A stretch of 64,000 nt of DNA from a virus, in the IMG/VR virus record IMGVR_UViG_3300010049_000002; one strand, given 5' to 3'. A model generated the notes under the pieces. It worked only from the letters and a program-made list of their open reading frames with translations. It did not search any database and was not told the DNA's origin. Positions 8,815 through 17,285 of the stretch are shown piece after piece (the stretch's first letter is position 1; the number at the start of each line of letters is the position of its first letter). Position numbers and translations under genes: made by a program.

Positions 8815-9034
8815 GGTTCCTCTCGATGGTGTCTCCACAGATGATGCAGATGTCCCGGACGTAGGTCCGTACAATGAGCAGGTCCCGCGTGATGACGTCG
8901 CTCGGGATGGCTCCGTGCTTCATGCCCTCGAGGAGCCGGTCGATGACGTGGTCGGCGGAACGGTTGGGCGCCTCGTCGAACCGTCCTTCGAACCGGTGGT
9001 GGCCGAACAAGGTGGTGCACCGGACCCGGCTCAT
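8807..9034 (-). CDS. hypothetical protein (75 aa)
   Basis: ORF track; coupled to neighbours. Confidence 0.5.
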   Translation of the reverse strand: MSRVRCTTLFGHHRFEGRFDEAPNRSADHVIDRLLEGMKHGAIPSDVITRDLLIVRTYVRDICIICGDTIERNHG

Positions 9035-9264
9035 GGCTCCGGCTCGTCGGGAGGGTCATCCTCCCAGGGCTCCATGTCCTCGAACTTGTCGATGCCCCAC
9101 TCGGAGTTGTGCCAGGCCCCATCGAACTGCAAGGCCCCGCATTGGGGGCACCAATCAGCATTCTTGACCAGCTCCCGGCCGACCCAGATGCCGCTATAGC
9201 TCAAATCTGGGACTGCACCGTAGGCCGCCTCGATACGGACGCCGTTCGGGTGGGAGCAGCTCAC
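9031..9264 (-). CDS. small WCPxCG zinc-ribbon paralog 1 (77 aa)
   Basis: MSCSHPNGVRI...WCPQCGAL; paralogous to the next two genes. Confidence 0.6.
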   Translation of the reverse strand: MSCSHPNGVRIEAAYGAVPDLSYSGIWVGRELVKNADWCPQCGALQFDGAWHNSEWGIDKFEDMEPWEDDPPDEPEP

Positions 9265-9572
9265 GGTGTCTTCTCCTTGGGAGGCCCCAGGTCATTGCGG
9301 CTCGCTTCCCACTGATGCTTCTCGCAAACAGCCCCGACCACCTCCTCCCGAGGGAAGTCCCTCAGGTAGGCCATCATCCAGGAGGCCCCCTGGACCGCAG
9401 CTTGGGCTGCATCGTCACCGTGCTTGCAGAAGTCGGCAACCGCGCAGAAGGGGCATCGCATCTTCTGGAGCTCCGGCAGGCGCCACTTGTCGCCGACCGC
9501 GAGGAGCGCGCCGCAGTTCGGGCACCAATCGATGCCCTTTATCCGGACGCCATCGGAGTGGGTGCAGCTCAC
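9261..9572 (-). CDS. small WCPxCG zinc-ribbon paralog 2 (103 aa)
   Basis: MSCTHSDGVRI..WCPNCGAL. Confidence 0.6.
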   Translation of the reverse strand: MSCTHSDGVRIKGIDWCPNCGALLAVGDKWRLPELQKMRCPFCAVADFCKHGDDAAQAAVQGASWMMAYLRDFPREEVVGAVCEKHQWEASRNDLGPPKEKTP

Positions 9573-9838
9573 GGCTCACCTCCACGCCGCTCCAGGGCCT
9601 CCAGCGGCTCCTGATGCTTCTCGCCGGTCCACGGCGCGTGCCACTGCCCGCCGAAGAGCAGCGAGCCGCAGTCGGGGCACCACTCGGCCCGGAGGAACTC
9701 GTCGCGCTTCGCCTGGAAGCTCAAGGAGCCGTCGGCGCTCGGGCTAGGAATGAACCGGCCGATGGACAGACGCGCCCAGGGGCCAAACGGTGCGGGGTCG
9801 ATTTGGAAGGCCTTGTTGTGGCTACAGCTCGCGGTCAT
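9569..9838 (-). CDS. small WCPxCG zinc-ribbon paralog 3 (89 aa)
   Basis: MTASCSHNKAFQI...WCPDCGSL. Confidence 0.55.
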   Translation of the reverse strand: MTASCSHNKAFQIDPAPFGPWARLSIGRFIPSPSADGSLSFQAKRDEFLRAEWCPDCGSLLFGGQWHAPWTGEKHQEPLEALERRGGEP

Positions 9839-10059
9839 TCGGCTCCAGCCCCAATCCGCTCCATGAGCTCCCCGTAGAAATCATCTGCCAAATCAATGGT
9901 CATCGTCTTGGCGTCGCCCATGTCGAAGTCGTGGTCGTCGCCGGTCATGAAGGACGCTACTACCGTTGCCGCGGCCTCCAGGCACTCCAGCCAGTGGTGG
10001 GCCTGCTGGGCGGTGTGAAGCTCGGGGAAACCCACTTCCTCATCACTCTTCTTGGTCAT
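9835..10059 (-). CDS. acidic hypothetical protein (74 aa)
   Basis: AAGGAG SD upstream of ATG; first gene downstream of the repeat region. Confidence 0.55.
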   Translation of the reverse strand: MTKKSDEEVGFPELHTAQQAHHWLECLEAAATVVASFMTGDDHDFDMGDAKTMTIDLADDFYGELMERIGAGAE

Positions 10060-10726
10060 AGTTTCTTCTCCTTGGAAATGCCCTTACGGAACCAGCGATA
10101 CGCCACGAGACAGAACGTAGCCACACGTCACGGCAATAAGTTCTAGAGATGCCCTTACAGTACTGAGCGATACGCAACGAGACACGACGAAACGAGACAC
10201 TAAAAAACCGCGCCCTACAAAACCGCGCCGCACATAGCGGAACGCCACTGCGCGTAACCGACCCAACAGCGCGCGAGCCAACGCAACCTGACAAACGTCG
10301 CACCCGCACAGCCTCGAACATCCGCTTCTCCTCGTCGGAGACAAGTATTTTCATTTGGTTGGTTCGTTCCGCCATCTAGAAATGTCCTTACAGAACCGGA
10401 CTAGAGGTGACAGCACCACGCGCGACGACACATTGCCGCACCCCAATGAAACCCGCACTCTACTCGACGCAACCGTACGCAACGCAACGCCACAATACGG
10501 GACAGAACACCACCCAACGACATTGGAGTTCTTAGAAATGCCCTTACAGAACCGCACGAGGCATAACAGTGCCCCACGCAACCTGACACCGCCCAACGAC
10601 ACCCCGCGCAACCGGAAGCCACCTAACGTCACGCCACGTCATTATAAAAGCCATTACAGAAGATTGCCCGACGCGACACAACAACGCCATACGTAGCCAC
10701 ACCCGACAAAAGACACCGGAGGGGAC
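10060..10726. repeat. noncoding A+C-skewed region with five same-orientation copies of a 20-mer (AGAAATGCCCTTACAGAACC)
   Basis: Copies at 10074, 10145, 10378, 10534 and a degenerate copy at 10644. Extra shared words: CGCAACCTGAC at 10282 and 10577, ACGTAGCCACAC at 10115 and 10691. Plus strand is visibly T-poor. Confidence 0.8.
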
Positions 10727-11338
10727 CTAAGCCGCGAGTTCTTCCTCCTTCTGTTTCTCCCAGCATTGAATTACATATTGACCGTAAACGCCCTTCCGGT
10801 TAGGGCGAAAGTCCCCCAAGCCGCACCGCCTTCCCGCCTTGTCCCAGAGCTCCCGGATGGTGTTCTCCCCAATCTCGTGGTCGTCGATGAGAATCCTCGC
10901 CCCGAAGCTCCAGGCGTCGAAGCGCGGCCGACAGATGGCCACGGCCTCGCCCCCGTTCGGGTTTCGGCCTTGCTTGACGTCCGCCTCCCAGGTCGCGGGC
11001 TTCTCGGTGTTCGGGACGTAGAGGGGCATCACGAAATCCAACAGCGTCATGAGCCCGGGCAGTACCGTGGCTTTCGCCGTCGAGATTTGTCTCTTGGCAT
11101 CGAGCCGGACGAAGACCCCGGCCGCAATCAAGCAGGCCATGAGCATATCCCCCGGCAAGATGCACAGGTCCCCGTGCATGTAGACCTTGGTCTGGGCCTC
11201 CTCGCGCGGGGTCCGTGTGGTCCCGACGTTGGCGGCCTTGGGCTTCTTGATTTTCGTCCGGATGGTCTCGAGGGTGTTCTCGTCCATCCTATTGAACAAT
11301 AGCGGCGTGATTCCTCGACAGCGTATATTGATTAGCAT
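10727..11338 (-). CDS. conserved-looking hypothetical protein (203 aa) with Gly-rich C-terminal GLGDFRPNRKGVYG motif
   Basis: Trimmed to MLINIR (AAAGGA SD); sits between two A+C-skewed noncoding segments next to the polymerase. Confidence 0.6.
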   Translation of the reverse strand: MLINIRCRGITPLLFNRMDENTLETIRTKIKKPKAANVGTTRTPREEAQTKVYMHGDLCILPGDMLMACLIAAGVFVRLDAKRQISTAKATVLPGLMTLLDFVMPLYVPNTEKPATWEADVKQGRNPNGGEAVAICRPRFDAWSFGARILIDDHEIGENTIRELWDKAGRRCGLGDFRPNRKGVYGQYVIQCWEKQKEEELAA

Positions 11339-11395
11339 TGGATTTTTTCCTTTTTCCCCTTGCGGGGCCTTACAAAAGAGGAGGGCACATCGCAT

Positions 11396-11484
11396 AACGA
11401 GAACCTAGCGAACGTCGCGTAACCTGACGTAACAACACCCAACCCGACATGACGATACCTGGCGTCACCAGACGTAACCCGACG
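11396..11484. repeat. second A+C-skewed noncoding segment (GACGTAAC / CGTAACCTGAC words)
   Basis: CGTAACCTGAC at 11418 matches words in 10060..10726; weak 20-mer relic GCCTTACAAAAG at 11367. Confidence 0.5.
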
Positions 11485-14187
11485 TTATTCAAAGTCCCTC
11501 CATCTAAGCCCGACCTTCAAGTCAATGTCCTGAATGAACTCAACCCCTCCAGGTATTCGCACAGGCTCTGACCAAATCTCTTTTATAGCCTTAGTGGCCT
11601 TGTCGACCTTGTCTTCCGGGCACTCGTACACAGAACTGTCGTACTGATACAGACAATGCCGTATGCCCCCCGGGAGCCGCTGGTCGGTCAGGGCCAGCCG
11701 CTCGTTCATCACGTCGGCCACCCCGCTCTGCACGGGGAAATTAGCCACTTCCTGCGGCTTGGGGAAGTGGCCGAGCCACCTTTTCCGACCGAGGAACGGG
11801 GAACGCAAATAGCCCTGCTCCGAGCACACCTTGATGTTCTCCCGCACGTATTCCCCGTAGCGCCAGTACTTCACCCGGATGGCGTCGATGGCATCCTGGC
11901 AGGTATCCAGGTCGATGGTGAAGCCGTGCTCGAGCAAGTGCTGATGGAGCCGCTCGGCCTCGGCGAGGTAGATGATGGCGAAGCCGCAGTTCTTCGCGAT
12001 GTCTCTGAGTTCCTTCCCCTTGCCTTTGGGGTCCTCCAGGCGTTCCAGAGCGCCGGGCATACCGCCGAACAAAATCTTGGCGTTCGCAGTGTGGATGTCC
12101 GACCTGCAGGCCTCGATAAAGGCCGCGTCGCCGCTCAAGGCGCTAGCAAATCTCATCTCGGATTGCCGCAAATCGTAATAAATCAGCCGATGGCCCGGAG
12201 CGGCGATGTAGATGTCCCGGCATTGGTACTCAGCGAGAGGCTCTTTCCGCTTCTTGGGGTTGCAGGTCTCCTTGTGGGTCATCCCATCGATGAGGGCCAA
12301 ACCGCAACCGGGACAATGCTGAAATCTTGGGATATTCAATAAGTTAGGTACCCGAGCGGAGGGCCGTCCGGTCTCAGTCCCATAACTCCTCCAGTGAGCG
12401 TGAACGCGACAATCTGCCCCTAAATGCAAACCATCTAAATATTCCTTTCTTACGTCATTCGCCGTCCTCCAGGCCATAATCAATCTGGCTAATTGGGCCG
12501 CCTTGTTGCTCCCCATCGCCAGCTTTTCCAGGGTGGCCTTGTTGACGGCCAAGAGCCCGGTCGGGGTCAGCTCTGTCAGATAGGTCGGGGTCTTCAGCTG
12601 CTTGAAGAGGGCCCTGCGCAGGTCCCCCGGCCGGCTGGGTGAGAAGGTCCGCCGGTCGAGCAGGGCCCGCATCTGGCCGAGTAGTGAAGCCGACCGCCGG
12701 CGGAGATGAACGGAGAGCTCCCGCTTCCGCTCCTGGTCCACGAGGAGCCCGTTGACCTGCATCTTCCTACACAAGAGCGCATGCCTCATGTCGTGCTCGT
12801 AGACGCGCCTTTCTACACTCAGGTTGTCCTGCATCCGAATCCAGGCCAGAGACCCTAAATGGATATCGGCGGCGCAGTACATGGGTAGGTCCGCCTCGGC
12901 GACCCCAAAACCCCTTACCCCCTTCTCCTCGGAGCCGACCTTGAACTTTATCTTCCAGGGGGCGGAGCTGTTGTAGATGGAGCTGACAAAAGATAGCGAC
13001 TTCGGCTTGTCGCTCGCGAAAGCAAAGTGGGCAATCAACGTGTCCTCGCGCTTGGAGTAGGTCACCCCGAATCGGGCCAAGGCGATTTCATCGAAGCTAG
13101 GGCCGTTGTGGGTGACGACCGTTCGGTCCTTGAGAGCGTCCCGCAAAACGGAGAACATCTCCGGGGCTAGGAACACCTGGTCGGGAGGCTTGGTGAGGAG
13201 AACAATCCGGCTCTTGAGGAGCCTCTTGACCTTCCCCTTGGCCACCCTCTCGATGTGCTGAACGTCGGCCAGCCCGACGCACGTGATTCCAACTTCTAGC
13301 GGGTCAGTTCCGTCCGTCTCGATATCACAGTTGATGACCGGGCCCATCTTGGCCAGGAGCCGTCGAGCCTTCTCCGGGTCGCTCGTCTCGATGAACGGCA
13401 CCGCGTCCTCAAGGGGGAACCCTTCCGGGCCGCTGGCAATCCACCGGGCCATCCTCCCGATGTCGATGCGTAGGACCGGCATCCAGCTATCGGCCCCCCG
13501 CAGAATCATGGCGGGATGAACGCTGGGGATGACAACCCGGCCCTGGAGGGTGGCCCGGCACTTCAGCAACGCGAGGGAATCTCGGGCCGACTCAATCCGC
13601 TCCGGAGATGCTGGCCGCACCTCCAGGAAGGTCCCGTCCCGCTGTACGACCGAGCCCTGGAGCCGGAGCAGGTTCCTCTGGGCGCTCTTTATCGACCCAT
13701 GGGGGATTTCGGCCGCATGCCAGACAAACCCACGGATTCTCATCACCGATGATTTCCCGAGCGTCGGCCGGCAGGCCTCGGAGCCCAGGGTGAGAATCGG
13801 CACCCCGGGGAACTCCCCTAGCTCTTGAGCCAATCGGCCCGCGCAGCAGGGGATGGCGCGCTTCAAAGCTTGGTCGTTGTCGGAGACGCAAAGGGCTGCG
13901 TTGGTGATGTGGCATTCATCGCGACGTAGCCCAGCTTCCCCCAGGCACTCATTGAGCAACCGGCCGCTGGGTCCCTTGAAGGGACCACCGAGGTTCATCT
14001 CATATCGGCCCGGGTTCATCCCGATGATGATGAGCTTCGGGCTCCCGCGAGCGCGCTCCGGGGGAACGGGCTTGGAGCCGCGAAGAGAGCATCGATGACA
14101 CTCAGCTCCTTGAGCCGCCGGCCAAGGGACCTCCGGGGGGTCAGGCGGGATGGCCGCAGAGAGGGCAGACAATCCCGCCGCCGTCAT
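11485..14187 (-). CDS. family-4 UDG-like domain fused to family A DNA polymerase with 3'-5' exonuclease (900 aa)
   Basis: UDG-like GMNPGRYE..GGPFKGPSGRLL, HPAMILRG. Exo DIETDG. Pol motif A DLRQSEMRF, motif B RDIAKNCGFAIIYL, motif C QYDSSVYE. Confidence 0.9.
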   Translation of the reverse strand: MTAAGLSALSAAIPPDPPEVPWPAAQGAECHRCSLRGSKPVPPERARGSPKLIIIGMNPGRYEMNLGGPFKGPSGRLLNECLGEAGLRRDECHITNAALCVSDNDQALKRAIPCCAGRLAQELGEFPGVPILTLGSEACRPTLGKSSVMRIRGFVWHAAEIPHGSIKSAQRNLLRLQGSVVQRDGTFLEVRPASPERIESARDSLALLKCRATLQGRVVIPSVHPAMILRGADSWMPVLRIDIGRMARWIASGPEGFPLEDAVPFIETSDPEKARRLLAKMGPVINCDIETDGTDPLEVGITCVGLADVQHIERVAKGKVKRLLKSRIVLLTKPPDQVFLAPEMFSVLRDALKDRTVVTHNGPSFDEIALARFGVTYSKREDTLIAHFAFASDKPKSLSFVSSIYNSSAPWKIKFKVGSEEKGVRGFGVAEADLPMYCAADIHLGSLAWIRMQDNLSVERRVYEHDMRHALLCRKMQVNGLLVDQERKRELSVHLRRRSASLLGQMRALLDRRTFSPSRPGDLRRALFKQLKTPTYLTELTPTGLLAVNKATLEKLAMGSNKAAQLARLIMAWRTANDVRKEYLDGLHLGADCRVHAHWRSYGTETGRPSARVPNLLNIPRFQHCPGCGLALIDGMTHKETCNPKKRKEPLAEYQCRDIYIAAPGHRLIYYDLRQSEMRFASALSGDAAFIEACRSDIHTANAKILFGGMPGALERLEDPKGKGKELRDIAKNCGFAIIYLAEAERLHQHLLEHGFTIDLDTCQDAIDAIRVKYWRYGEYVRENIKVCSEQGYLRSPFLGRKRWLGHFPKPQEVANFPVQSGVADVMNERLALTDQRLPGGIRHCLYQYDSSVYECPEDKVDKATKAIKEIWSEPVRIPGGVEFIQDIDLKVGLRWRDFE

Positions 14188-14432
14188 GAGGGCTCCCCGT
14201 CGCGCCTAAAAGGAGCCACCACCGCCGCCATCCCCTGGCACTCCGCCAAGAGCTCACAGACGAGCTTCGAGATTCTCTCCACCCGCTCGACCGGGCAATC
14301 GCCCCGGATGGTCACAGCCAACAATTCCCGGCCCCGCTCGTCGATGACCGAGCACTCGGTGAAGTCGGCCGAGAAGTTCATGGTGAAGGTGATGAACTTC
14401 TTCGTTGGCTCGGCGAAGAACTCCGCCATCAT
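14184..14432 (-). CDS. hypothetical protein (82 aa)
   Basis: ORF track; coupled to polymerase gene. Confidence 0.5.
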   Translation of the reverse strand: MMAEFFAEPTKKFITFTMNFSADFTECSVIDERGRELLAVTIRGDCPVERVERISKLVCELLAECQGMAAVVAPFRRDGEPS

Positions 14433-14803
14433 GGGTCCCCCACTCCGGTTTCGCAGATGTCGCCCTTGTCGCCCGGAGCCCGTCGCCAGCCAGGGAGCTT
14501 CCGGTATTCGACGGGGAGCCCGGCCTCTTCGTACATCGCGAGGCTGGCTTTCATCCCGGGGGAGATGCCAAGGTCTGTGTAAGCGACCACTCTATCGCCG
14601 GTGATTCCCCAGACCTGCCCCGCGATAATCCCCAGGTGCCGCTCGAACCCCACCTCGTCGTCGAGGCACTGGGGGTAGAGCAGATGGGAAGCGAATGGGG
14701 CCTCGTCGTGGTGCATGAGGCAGTCCCGCATGCACTCCCGCGCATAGCGAAGATTCCGCTCCACATCCCCAGCGAAGGGGGTCTCCAGGATGACCCTCTT
14801 CAC
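14429..14803 (-). CDS. nucleoside 2-deoxyribosyltransferase-like/DUF4406-like protein (124 aa), tentative
   Basis: Short Rossmann-like N-terminus KRVILETPFAGD and general layout; weak recognition only. Confidence 0.4.
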   Translation of the reverse strand: MKRVILETPFAGDVERNLRYARECMRDCLMHHDEAPFASHLLYPQCLDDEVGFERHLGIIAGQVWGITGDRVVAYTDLGISPGMKASLAMYEEAGLPVEYRKLPGWRRAPGDKGDICETGVGDP

Positions 14804-15003
14804 CTTGCTAGCCCCGGAAAGAGGGGGAGGGTTCTCTCTTCAGCAGATAGCTTCAACCCGCTCAGCCTGGAGGCGTTTTCCTTGAGCAGGTTCAAATACG
14901 CGAGCTCGACGAGGCTACCCAAAAGCTCATTGGGCTTGACCCCCTCCTCGTCCGCCAATTCCTTGAGCCACCTGGATTGCCTTTCTGAGAGATAGACCAG
15001 CAT
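14800..15003 (-). CDS. small DNA-binding-like (RHH-like) protein (67 aa)
   Basis: MLVYLSERQSRWLKELADEEG.. beta-helix-helix-like start. Confidence 0.45.
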   Translation of the reverse strand: MLVYLSERQSRWLKELADEEGVKPNELLGSLVELAYLNLLKENASRLSGLKLSAEERTLPLFPGLAR

Positions 15004-15035
15004 CTTCAGCCTCCATTGAGTTGTCAGCCGAGAAG

Positions 15036-15102
15036 TGGGGTGGCGCCGAATCGAACGGCGCTCCTATTCCTCCGCAGCCCGAACCATGAGCTACGTCACC
15101 CC
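15036..15102 (-). pseudogene. tRNA-like fragment (acceptor, D-arm-like and perfect T-arm, no anticodon arm)
   Basis: Minus strand GGGGTGACGTAGCTCATGGTTCGGGCTGCGGAGGAATAGGAGCGCCGTTCGATTCGGCGCCACCCCA. T-arm is CGCCG-TTCGATT-CGGCG. Only 14 nt where about 23 are needed. Confidence 0.3.
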
Positions 15103-15127
15103 GGGGGGCCTCATGGGGCCCTATGCC

Positions 15128-15751
15128 TTATCGCCGAGAAGCCTTGGCCGGCCCGGGGCCTTTATGCTTCACCTTGGGAGGCTCCTCCAAATCCGGTTCC
15201 TCCTCCACCGGTTCGTCCTCGATGGCCTCGGGCTCTTCCCGGCGCGGGGTTGGGGCCTGAATCCTGCCCCTTGGTTCGTTGTATTCGATGTTGCACCGGA
15301 CCACGCCGTCGGCTTGCTTCCTGTTGGTGACCCAGCCCGTCAGCTCCCGGCCATAGACTTCTTCAGCGAATTGCTCGACAGTTTCCGGGGTCATCCGGCT
15401 GAAGTCGACGGTGAGCTCCAGCTTATCGCGGAGCGCCCGGAGCTTGGCCTTCCCCTGATTCCCCCGGCTCGAGTCGTCCAACACAATGTAGTCGAGCAGC
15501 TCCACCATCACGCTGGATTTGCACTCGGCCGAGTCCTCGTAGGTCTCAATCAGTTTGACCTCCAAGACAATCATCGGCCGGGAGGGGTGGCTATTGGTCC
15601 ACTTCCAGATGGCCTTCCCGAACCGGAACTCGTACTTGCCCGCGTAGGCCTCGGGCTTCATCTCGTCGATGTTCATCCCGAAGTCGAAGCGCTTTCCCCC
15701 GTAATCGTTCGAAGCCTGCTGCTCGATGGCATTATTATTGTGATTGGGCAT
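15128..15751 (-). CDS. DUF669-like putative ssDNA-binding protein with acidic tail (207 aa)
   Basis: Position directly after Sak4-like ATPase; acidic C-terminus EPVEEEPDLEEPP; family call tentative. Confidence 0.5.
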   Translation of the reverse strand: MPNHNNNAIEQQASNDYGGKRFDFGMNIDEMKPEAYAGKYEFRFGKAIWKWTNSHPSRPMIVLEVKLIETYEDSAECKSSVMVELLDYIVLDDSSRGNQGKAKLRALRDKLELTVDFSRMTPETVEQFAEEVYGRELTGWVTNRKQADGVVRCNIEYNEPRGRIQAPTPRREEPEAIEDEPVEEEPDLEEPPKVKHKGPGPAKASRR

Positions 15752-16556
15752 TGCTCACCTTCCTCTCTTGGCTCATGGCCTTGGGCTTCGGAGGCTCATA
15801 GTCCTCCCCATCTGGCTCCGGGATGGAGCACCACTCGATGAACTGGCCGACATGCGCGGGGAGCACGTGGGAGCCCTTCTTGCTCCGGCACCCCGGGCCC
15901 CACCACCCGGCGGTCTCTGTCACGAAGACCCGGTTCTTGTGGCTCTTCTCGCTCCCCCTTGAGACTTCGAACCGGACGACGTCGTGGAAGGCGGAGCCGG
16001 TCCACTTCCGGGCCCACCGGTTGGGGAGCAAAGGCACAATTCCCCGGCCGCTGGGCGAGCCGTCCTCGCCATCCTCGCCGGTCGTCTCTTCGAAATGGGA
16101 GACGACAATCACGTGGGCGGGAATGGTGAGCAATAAATCGATGATGTGCTTGTATCGGCGCTTGAAGAGGCCGTGGGCCGCCCGCCCGTCTTCGTTCCCC
16201 TGCTTCGTCCTGCTCAGTTTCATCGCCTCCTCGAGCAGGTTGTCAGCAAGAAACGAGAGTGGGTCCAACACCACGCTGGCTATCTTCTTTTTCCTCGCAT
16301 CGTCCTTGGCCGCGACGATGTACTTGACCGCGAGGTCGTAGATGTCACCGGCGGCATTGGGCTGGACCAGCTCCGCGTCGAACGCCAAGGTCTCGCGCCG
16401 GGCGCCGTTCGCGGCCGACTTGTCCTCACATAGGAGAAGCCTGACCGGGGGTGGGGCGGTGGAGACAGCTGTCGTTGTCTTCCCTAGCTTACTTTCGCCC
16501 AGAATCAGAAGGCGTGAATAGGCATCGCGTCCCAGCTCGCTCGCTGGAATTGGCAT
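15735..16556 (-). CDS. Sak4-like AAA/RecA-type ATPase (273 aa)
   Basis: Walker A GESKLGKTT, Walker B-like SVVLDPLS; GGAGG SD. Confidence 0.7.
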   Translation of the reverse strand: MPIPASELGRDAYSRLLILGESKLGKTTTAVSTAPPPVRLLLCEDKSAANGARRETLAFDAELVQPNAAGDIYDLAVKYIVAAKDDARKKKIASVVLDPLSFLADNLLEEAMKLSRTKQGNEDGRAAHGLFKRRYKHIIDLLLTIPAHVIVVSHFEETTGEDGEDGSPSGRGIVPLLPNRWARKWTGSAFHDVVRFEVSRGSEKSHKNRVFVTETAGWWGPGCRSKKGSHVLPAHVGQFIEWCSIPEPDGEDYEPPKPKAMSQERKVSNAQSQ

Positions 16557-16627
16557 GTGTCCCTCCTACGCTGGATGGCGGGCAAAGAACCCCCACAGCC
16601 GTCGGAGGGCAACCGGATGCCGCCCCC

Positions 16628-16658
16628 GACACGGGTTCGCTCGCCCGTTACGGGTCAC
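16628..16658 (-). promoter_or_regulatory. heptad-motif copies (GACCCGTAAC..N..AACCCGTGTC on minus strand)
   Basis: About 70 nt upstream of ATPase start 16556. Confidence 0.5.
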
Positions 16659-16764
16659 ACCAATGGCACTCGGCCGTCGCCGCGTCAATGGGTCATCTGG
16701 AGCTTATTTTCTCCCCAGGGGAACGTCGATGGAACCGCTGGGGGATTTCTGGCGGGCTCATTCC

Positions 16765-16778
16765 AAACGGGTCACGGG
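16765..16778 (-). promoter_or_regulatory. heptad-repeat motif copy (CCCGTGACCCGTTT on minus strand)
   Basis: Noncoding stretch; followed by AGAAATCCCCC as at 37466. Confidence 0.5.
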
Positions 16779-16810
16779 AGACCTTCCTGGCCCCGCGGAG
16801 TCCCGAGCCG

Positions 16811-17017
16811 TCATTCCGTCAGGAGTCGGTCCAGGCACGCTCCCGAGCAGGTGACGACCATCTCCGGGGCGTGGTCGCCGGAAACGAATCCTAGGGCCGC
16901 TCCTGGAGGAGGCAGGAGCATCTCCGGAGCCTCGGGGTGGCGACTCGTGCTCGAGCGCAGGATGACGACCCGGTCGCACATGCAACACCGCTGGGGGCGC
17001 TTGGAGTCAATCCGCAT
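16811..17017 (-). CDS. possible small Cys-rich protein (68 aa)
   Basis: MRIDSKRPQRCCMCDR...TCSGAC; weak SD; sits in otherwise low-coding region. Confidence 0.25.
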   Translation of the reverse strand: MRIDSKRPQRCCMCDRVVILRSSTSRHPEAPEMLLPPPGAALGFVSGDHAPEMVVTCSGACLDRLLTE

Positions 17018-17233
17018 GGCCGCCGCCGGGGAGGGGTTTTGTGGGGGCCCCGTCGGGGGGCTTGGCCCCTCTCGGGAAAGGCATGTCCCCCAAAAAGAAG
17101 TAGCCCCCCCGGTCTCGGTCCGGAGGGGCCACCCAGCGTAGGCGCCCAGGTCCGCAGGAAAGGCGGTCTCTCTCAACAATGGGGGAGAAGGAGCGACTGC
17201 GGGGAAGGTACGACACCCCCGAGCCGAGGTCAA

Positions 17234-17246
17234 CCCGTGACCCGTG
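17234..17246 (+). promoter_or_regulatory. heptad-repeat motif copy CCCGTGACCCGTG
   Basis: Plus-oriented although flanking genes are minus; followed by hairpins and a T-run. Confidence 0.45.
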
Positions 17247-17285
17247 CCGGGGCGGGATTTTGGGGGCCCCCGGGGGAACTAGAAC

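Noticed and set aside
10043-10632. ORFs 10043..10375, 10084..10344 and 10351..10632 (the CKGIS/VRFCK-containing translations)
   Set aside because: The repeated peptide words are just the translated 20-mer. The composition (V/R/S/G/C) is non-protein-like. Only the first about 15 codons of 10043..10375 (KILVSDEEKRMFEAV) look RHH-like, possibly a gene relic.
10060-10726. Possible CRISPR array
   Set aside because: Repeat spacing is irregular (71, 233, 156 and 110 bp). The repeats are only 20 bp, partly degenerate and without a conserved hairpin. The 'spacers' share words with each other. No cas genes are recognisable. It is kept as a generic repeat or regulatory region.
15036-15102. Functional tRNA gene
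   Set aside because: There is no 5-bp/7-nt anticodon stem-loop. Two extra nucleotides sit between the acceptor and D stems, and there is one acceptor mismatch. It is reported only as a tRNA-like fragment.
16557-17141. 194-aa plus-strand ORF and other ORFs in the 16.5-17.5 kb gap
   Set aside because: They have Arg/Pro/Gly/Ser-rich nonsense-like composition and no SD. They overlap regulatory motif copies. The region is treated as largely noncoding.
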